The notes under the pieces are model-generated. The model did not search any database. It saw only the letters and a program-made list of their open reading frames with translations, and was not told the DNA's origin. From NCBI GenBank assembly GCA_963756875.1, contig CAVWPA010000001.1, positions 224,001 through 288,000 on the forward strand: a stretch of DNA of 64,000 nt. Reading direction: 5' to 3'. Positions 61,092 through 64,000 of this stretch are shown in pieces (the stretch's first letter is position 1; every line of letters begins with the position of its first letter). The translations under genes were made by a program, and so were the position numbers. The DNA is from an uncultured Verrucomicrobiae bacterium (lineage in GTDB: Bacteria > Verrucomicrobiota > Verrucomicrobiia > Chthoniobacterales > UBA10450).

Positions 61092-62921
61092 TTATTTCAC
61101 GCGAAACACCGTGCCGGTCAGCGCCGGGAGAACCAGTTCGGTTCCATTTTTAGCCACTTGTGTCTTTACCGCTCCCGTTTCGCCGCGGGTGATAAAGATG
61201 GGAATAAGATGTTTTGCGGCGATCTGAAGCTGCATTCGGGCCGCGTTGTCACTGCGGTTGAAAGCGATAATTAATCTCTCTTTGCTCGATTTTCGGCTGA
61301 TAACGATTGTGCGCTGGTCGTCGTCCGTGGCCAAAACCGTAAAATCGCCGTGATTGAGCGCGTCGTGCTTATGTCGCAACGCGATCGCCCGTTTGTAGAA
61401 TTGGAACAGGTCGTCATCGAATTTTACTTCGTCTGCGTCGCGCTCGCGACCGCGCGGATCGATCGTCTGCGCCTCATACGTTTTGTCTCGCCAGACCATC
61501 GGCATCCGGTCGTCCGGATCGCCCCCGCCCCACATGCCGGCTTCGTCTCCGTAATAAATCATCGGCGCACCGACGTACGTCATTTGCAGCAACACAACCA
61601 GTCGCTGGATGTTTCGTTCGCGCTCGTTTGGCTTGCGAATGTCATACGTCGGCGACGAAGCCGGGCTGTTGTGTTGATTAAAATCAAATTCCTGGTTGCC
61701 GCTGTAGACCGTGCCTGCGCCATTCACGATCATCGATGCCAGGCGATCGGTATCGTGCGAGTCGACCAGGTTTTGCATCACGGCGGCAGTGGATGGAGGG
61801 AATTGTTTTCGCCGGTCATCGAGAAGGCGCGCAAATGTCGATGGCGAAATGTTGTTGTCGATCAGGAATCCCTTCACCGGGACGGCAAATGCGTTGTAAT
61901 TCATCGACGCGGAGAATCCGCATTTTTTTACAAAGCCTGTCGCGTTTTTCCAAACTTCCGCCGTGGTATAAACGTTTGGATTTAGTTTTCGAACAAACGC
62001 GTTCCAATCCGACCAAAATTTGGCCGGCCGCTCGTCCGCGGCGTCGAGCCGCCATCCATCGATTCCGTCTGCGCGATTGCCGTTGGGTCGCATCCAGCGC
62101 CGGGTCGCCTGGAAAATGTAAGCTTTCGGTCCCGGGGCCATGTCTTTTCCGTCGGCCGAGGCGGCGAAGATCGGCAGCGTCATGTGTCCCCACCAGCCCT
62201 TGTAACTGAATTCATTTCGCTTCGTGTTCGGATCGTCGAAACTCGTGATCGCGTACCAGCTTTTATAGCGGGAATGCGCCTGATTTGTGCGGATGTCCTT
62301 GAACGCAAAGAAATCGCGGCCGGTATGGTTAAAAACGCCGTCGATAATCACGTGAATGCCGCGGGCGTGACATTGTTTGAGTAGCTCCAGGAACAGTTTG
62401 TCCGCGGCAGTCCATTGCCATGCTTTGGGATCTTCGGTTTCGCTGTTGATGATTTTGAGGTCGCCCTGCGGATCCGGCCCAAAATACGGGTCGATGTGGT
62501 GGTATGTGTTGCCGTCGTATTTATGCAGCGATTCCGAGTAGAAAAGCGGATTGAAATAGATGGCGTTGATCCCGAGGTCGGTCAGATAATCCAGCTTGTC
62601 GATTACGCCCTTGAGATCGCCCCCATAGCGCCGATCGAGCACGCCATCCTTGTAGAAATCAGGTCCGAGTTCCTTTTCCCACTCGTCGCGCGAATACCAG
62701 TCCGCTATCCAGGATGAAATGCGCCACTCGGGGCCGGGCTTGATCGGATACTCGAGCGAATCACGCGTCGGATCGTTGGTTGGATCGCCGTTGCAGAAGC
62801 GTTCCGGGAAAATCTGGTAAAAGACCGCTTCGGCCGCCCAGGGCGGCGAGCCCGCCGTGTCGGCCCTGCCCGAAAGCGTGAAGAGGCAGAGTGCCGCTAA
62901 AACGTAGAAATAGATGCGCAT
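61092..62921 (-). CDS. Secreted GH13 glycosidase (neopullulanase/cyclomaltodextrinase-like)
   Basis: FYQIFPERF, GGDL.G, DGVFNH, DGWRLD, SHDTDR, YYGDEAG. Confidence 0.9.
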   Translation of the reverse strand: MRIYFYVLAALCLFTLSGRADTAGSPPWAAEAVFYQIFPERFCNGDPTNDPTRDSLEYPIKPGPEWRISSWIADWYSRDEWEKELGPDFYKDGVLDRRYGGDLKGVIDKLDYLTDLGINAIYFNPLFYSESLHKYDGNTYHHIDPYFGPDPQGDLKIINSETEDPKAWQWTAADKLFLELLKQCHARGIHVIIDGVFNHTGRDFFAFKDIRTNQAHSRYKSWYAITSFDDPNTKRNEFSYKGWWGHMTLPIFAASADGKDMAPGPKAYIFQATRRWMRPNGNRADGIDGWRLDAADERPAKFWSDWNAFVRKLNPNVYTTAEVWKNATGFVKKCGFSASMNYNAFAVPVKGFLIDNNISPSTFARLLDDRRKQFPPSTAAVMQNLVDSHDTDRLASMIVNGAGTVYSGNQEFDFNQHNSPASSPTYDIRKPNERERNIQRLVVLLQMTYVGAPMIYYGDEAGMWGGGDPDDRMPMVWRDKTYEAQTIDPRGRERDADEVKFDDDLFQFYKRAIALRHKHDALNHGDFTVLATDDDQRTIVISRKSSKERLIIAFNRSDNAARMQLQIAAKHLIPIFITRGETGAVKTQVAKNGTELVLPALTGTVFRVK

Positions 62922-62941
62922 TGCAACGGGTAATGTTGAGT

Positions 62942-63009
62942 TGTAGAGGCGCTCGCAGCGGCGAGCGCCTGTTTACTCTGGTGCGGCGCTTCACACAAAC
63001 GCCGCTAAA
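62942..63009. repeat. GTAG REP doublet
   Basis: TGTAGAGGCGCTCGCAGCGGCGAGCGCCT plus second hairpin GCGGCG...CGCCGC. Confidence 0.7.
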
Positions 63010-63011
63010 CT

Positions 63012-63998
63012 CTACGGCACCACACGCACGTGGTAAAAGGCCGGGGTTGTCGCAGTAACGGATTCGTTGGTTGTCGAACCGTTCGCTGTGATCTGATTAC
63101 CAATAGACACGTAAGTTCCATTAGGAGCCGGCGCGGATTCCAGTTGATAATGTTTTCCGGAGACGCTGCTCCACGTTACTGAGACCGTATTGGCATCCGG
63201 CCGAGTAATGTTCATCACTTTAAAGATGGATTTTGGATCAAATGGATTGGTACCCGCCACGTCCTCCGCTGCGTTATCCATTCCGTCGCCATCATCATCT
63301 CCGTTCGGATCCAGGTACTTGATCGTCGTCGGCGAGCTGGATGGTCCGGTAATGCTGTTGTCACTCGGATTCACGACCTGAATCGTGACGACAACAGTTT
63401 GGCCGGGCGCAGCGTTGATTGTGTACTGAGTCGAGCAAGTGATGACAGTCGGCTGCTGTAGTCCATCGATCGTGTAGTCGACCCTGTAACATGGGGTAAC
63501 GCCTTCCCCGTCTGCGGGCGCAGCGTTCCAGGTCACGGTCACGCTGGTGCCGATGGCGTAGGAATATGCATTCGGTGTGCTGGCAGATCCCGGTGTCGTG
63601 CTTGGCGCAGTCACGTCGTAAACCTTCAAATACTGCGTCTCGTAGGGACTCGTCGTCCAAGATGCATTATCAGTGGGCACTTTATTCAGCGAAACGAAAA
63701 CCCCATTGGTTAACACATCGGTCCCGGTCCGGCCGCCACCCCAGAGCAAATAATTTCGGCGGCTCGGATCCTGCCCGGTGTAGGCCGCAATGTTGCGCAC
63801 ATTGTAGGTCCGGCTCGTTTTAATCCCGAACAGATTCGATCCGTTCTGCGTGATGTTCACGTTGAAATTGCCGGACTGATTGTTGCCTCGATCCAGGTTT
63901 ACAAAGGCAAATATGACATCGGTCGTGGCGGGCGAGCCGTTTGGCGTTTCGTATTTTGCGACCGAGAAGATGCTCGGCTGAATGTGCCATCGGTCTGG
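63012..63998 (-). CDS. C-terminal part of a large secreted protein (possibly GH13), FN3-like + Ca-binding repeat + C-terminal domain; truncated by window
   Basis: Open to window edge; IFSVAKY...FAFVNLD, DDDGDGMDNAAEDVAGTNP, ends FYHVRVVP. Confidence 0.7.
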   Translation of the reverse strand, partial: PDRWHIQPSIFSVAKYETPNGSPATTDVIFAFVNLDRGNNQSGNFNVNITQNGSNLFGIKTSRTYNVRNIAAYTGQDPSRRNYLLWGGGRTGTDVLTNGVFVSLNKVPTDNASWTTSPYETQYLKVYDVTAPSTTPGSASTPNAYSYAIGTSVTVTWNAAPADGEGVTPCYRVDYTIDGLQQPTVITCSTQYTINAAPGQTVVVTIQVVNPSDNSITGPSSSPTTIKYLDPNGDDDGDGMDNAAEDVAGTNPFDPKSIFKVMNITRPDANTVSVTWSSVSGKHYQLESAPAPNGTYVSIGNQITANGSTTNESVTATTPAFYHVRVVP

Positions 63999-64000
63999 TT

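Overview
Chromosomal backbone of a GC-rich soil-type bacterium, most likely Verrucomicrobiota (Chthoniobacterales-like; inferred from a TIGR02597-like protein, PEP-CTERM proteins and an ADOP permease). It holds about 55 protein genes, including ptsI (partial), speA, asnS, thrC, recN, satP, pilT and a pilU-like paralog, creD, aat, guaA, rfbD, rfbB and a maltodextrin/GH13 cluster, plus tRNA-Phe(GAA) and tRNA-Leu(GAG). No CRISPR, integrase or transposase is visible. Seven genes carry apparent +1 frameshifts, probably sequencing errors. Two things stand out. (1) A 3.9-kb CSLREA surface-protein gene sits between rfbB and two decayed, synonymously diverged copies of the rfbB 3' end, suggesting repeated integrase-free cassette insertion at rfbB. 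(2) Small palindromic (REP-like) elements are dense: they nest inside each other, supply the TAG stop of six genes, and are inserted in frame in thrC, rfbD and an alpha-amylase. Family assignments come from motif recognition only; no searches were run.
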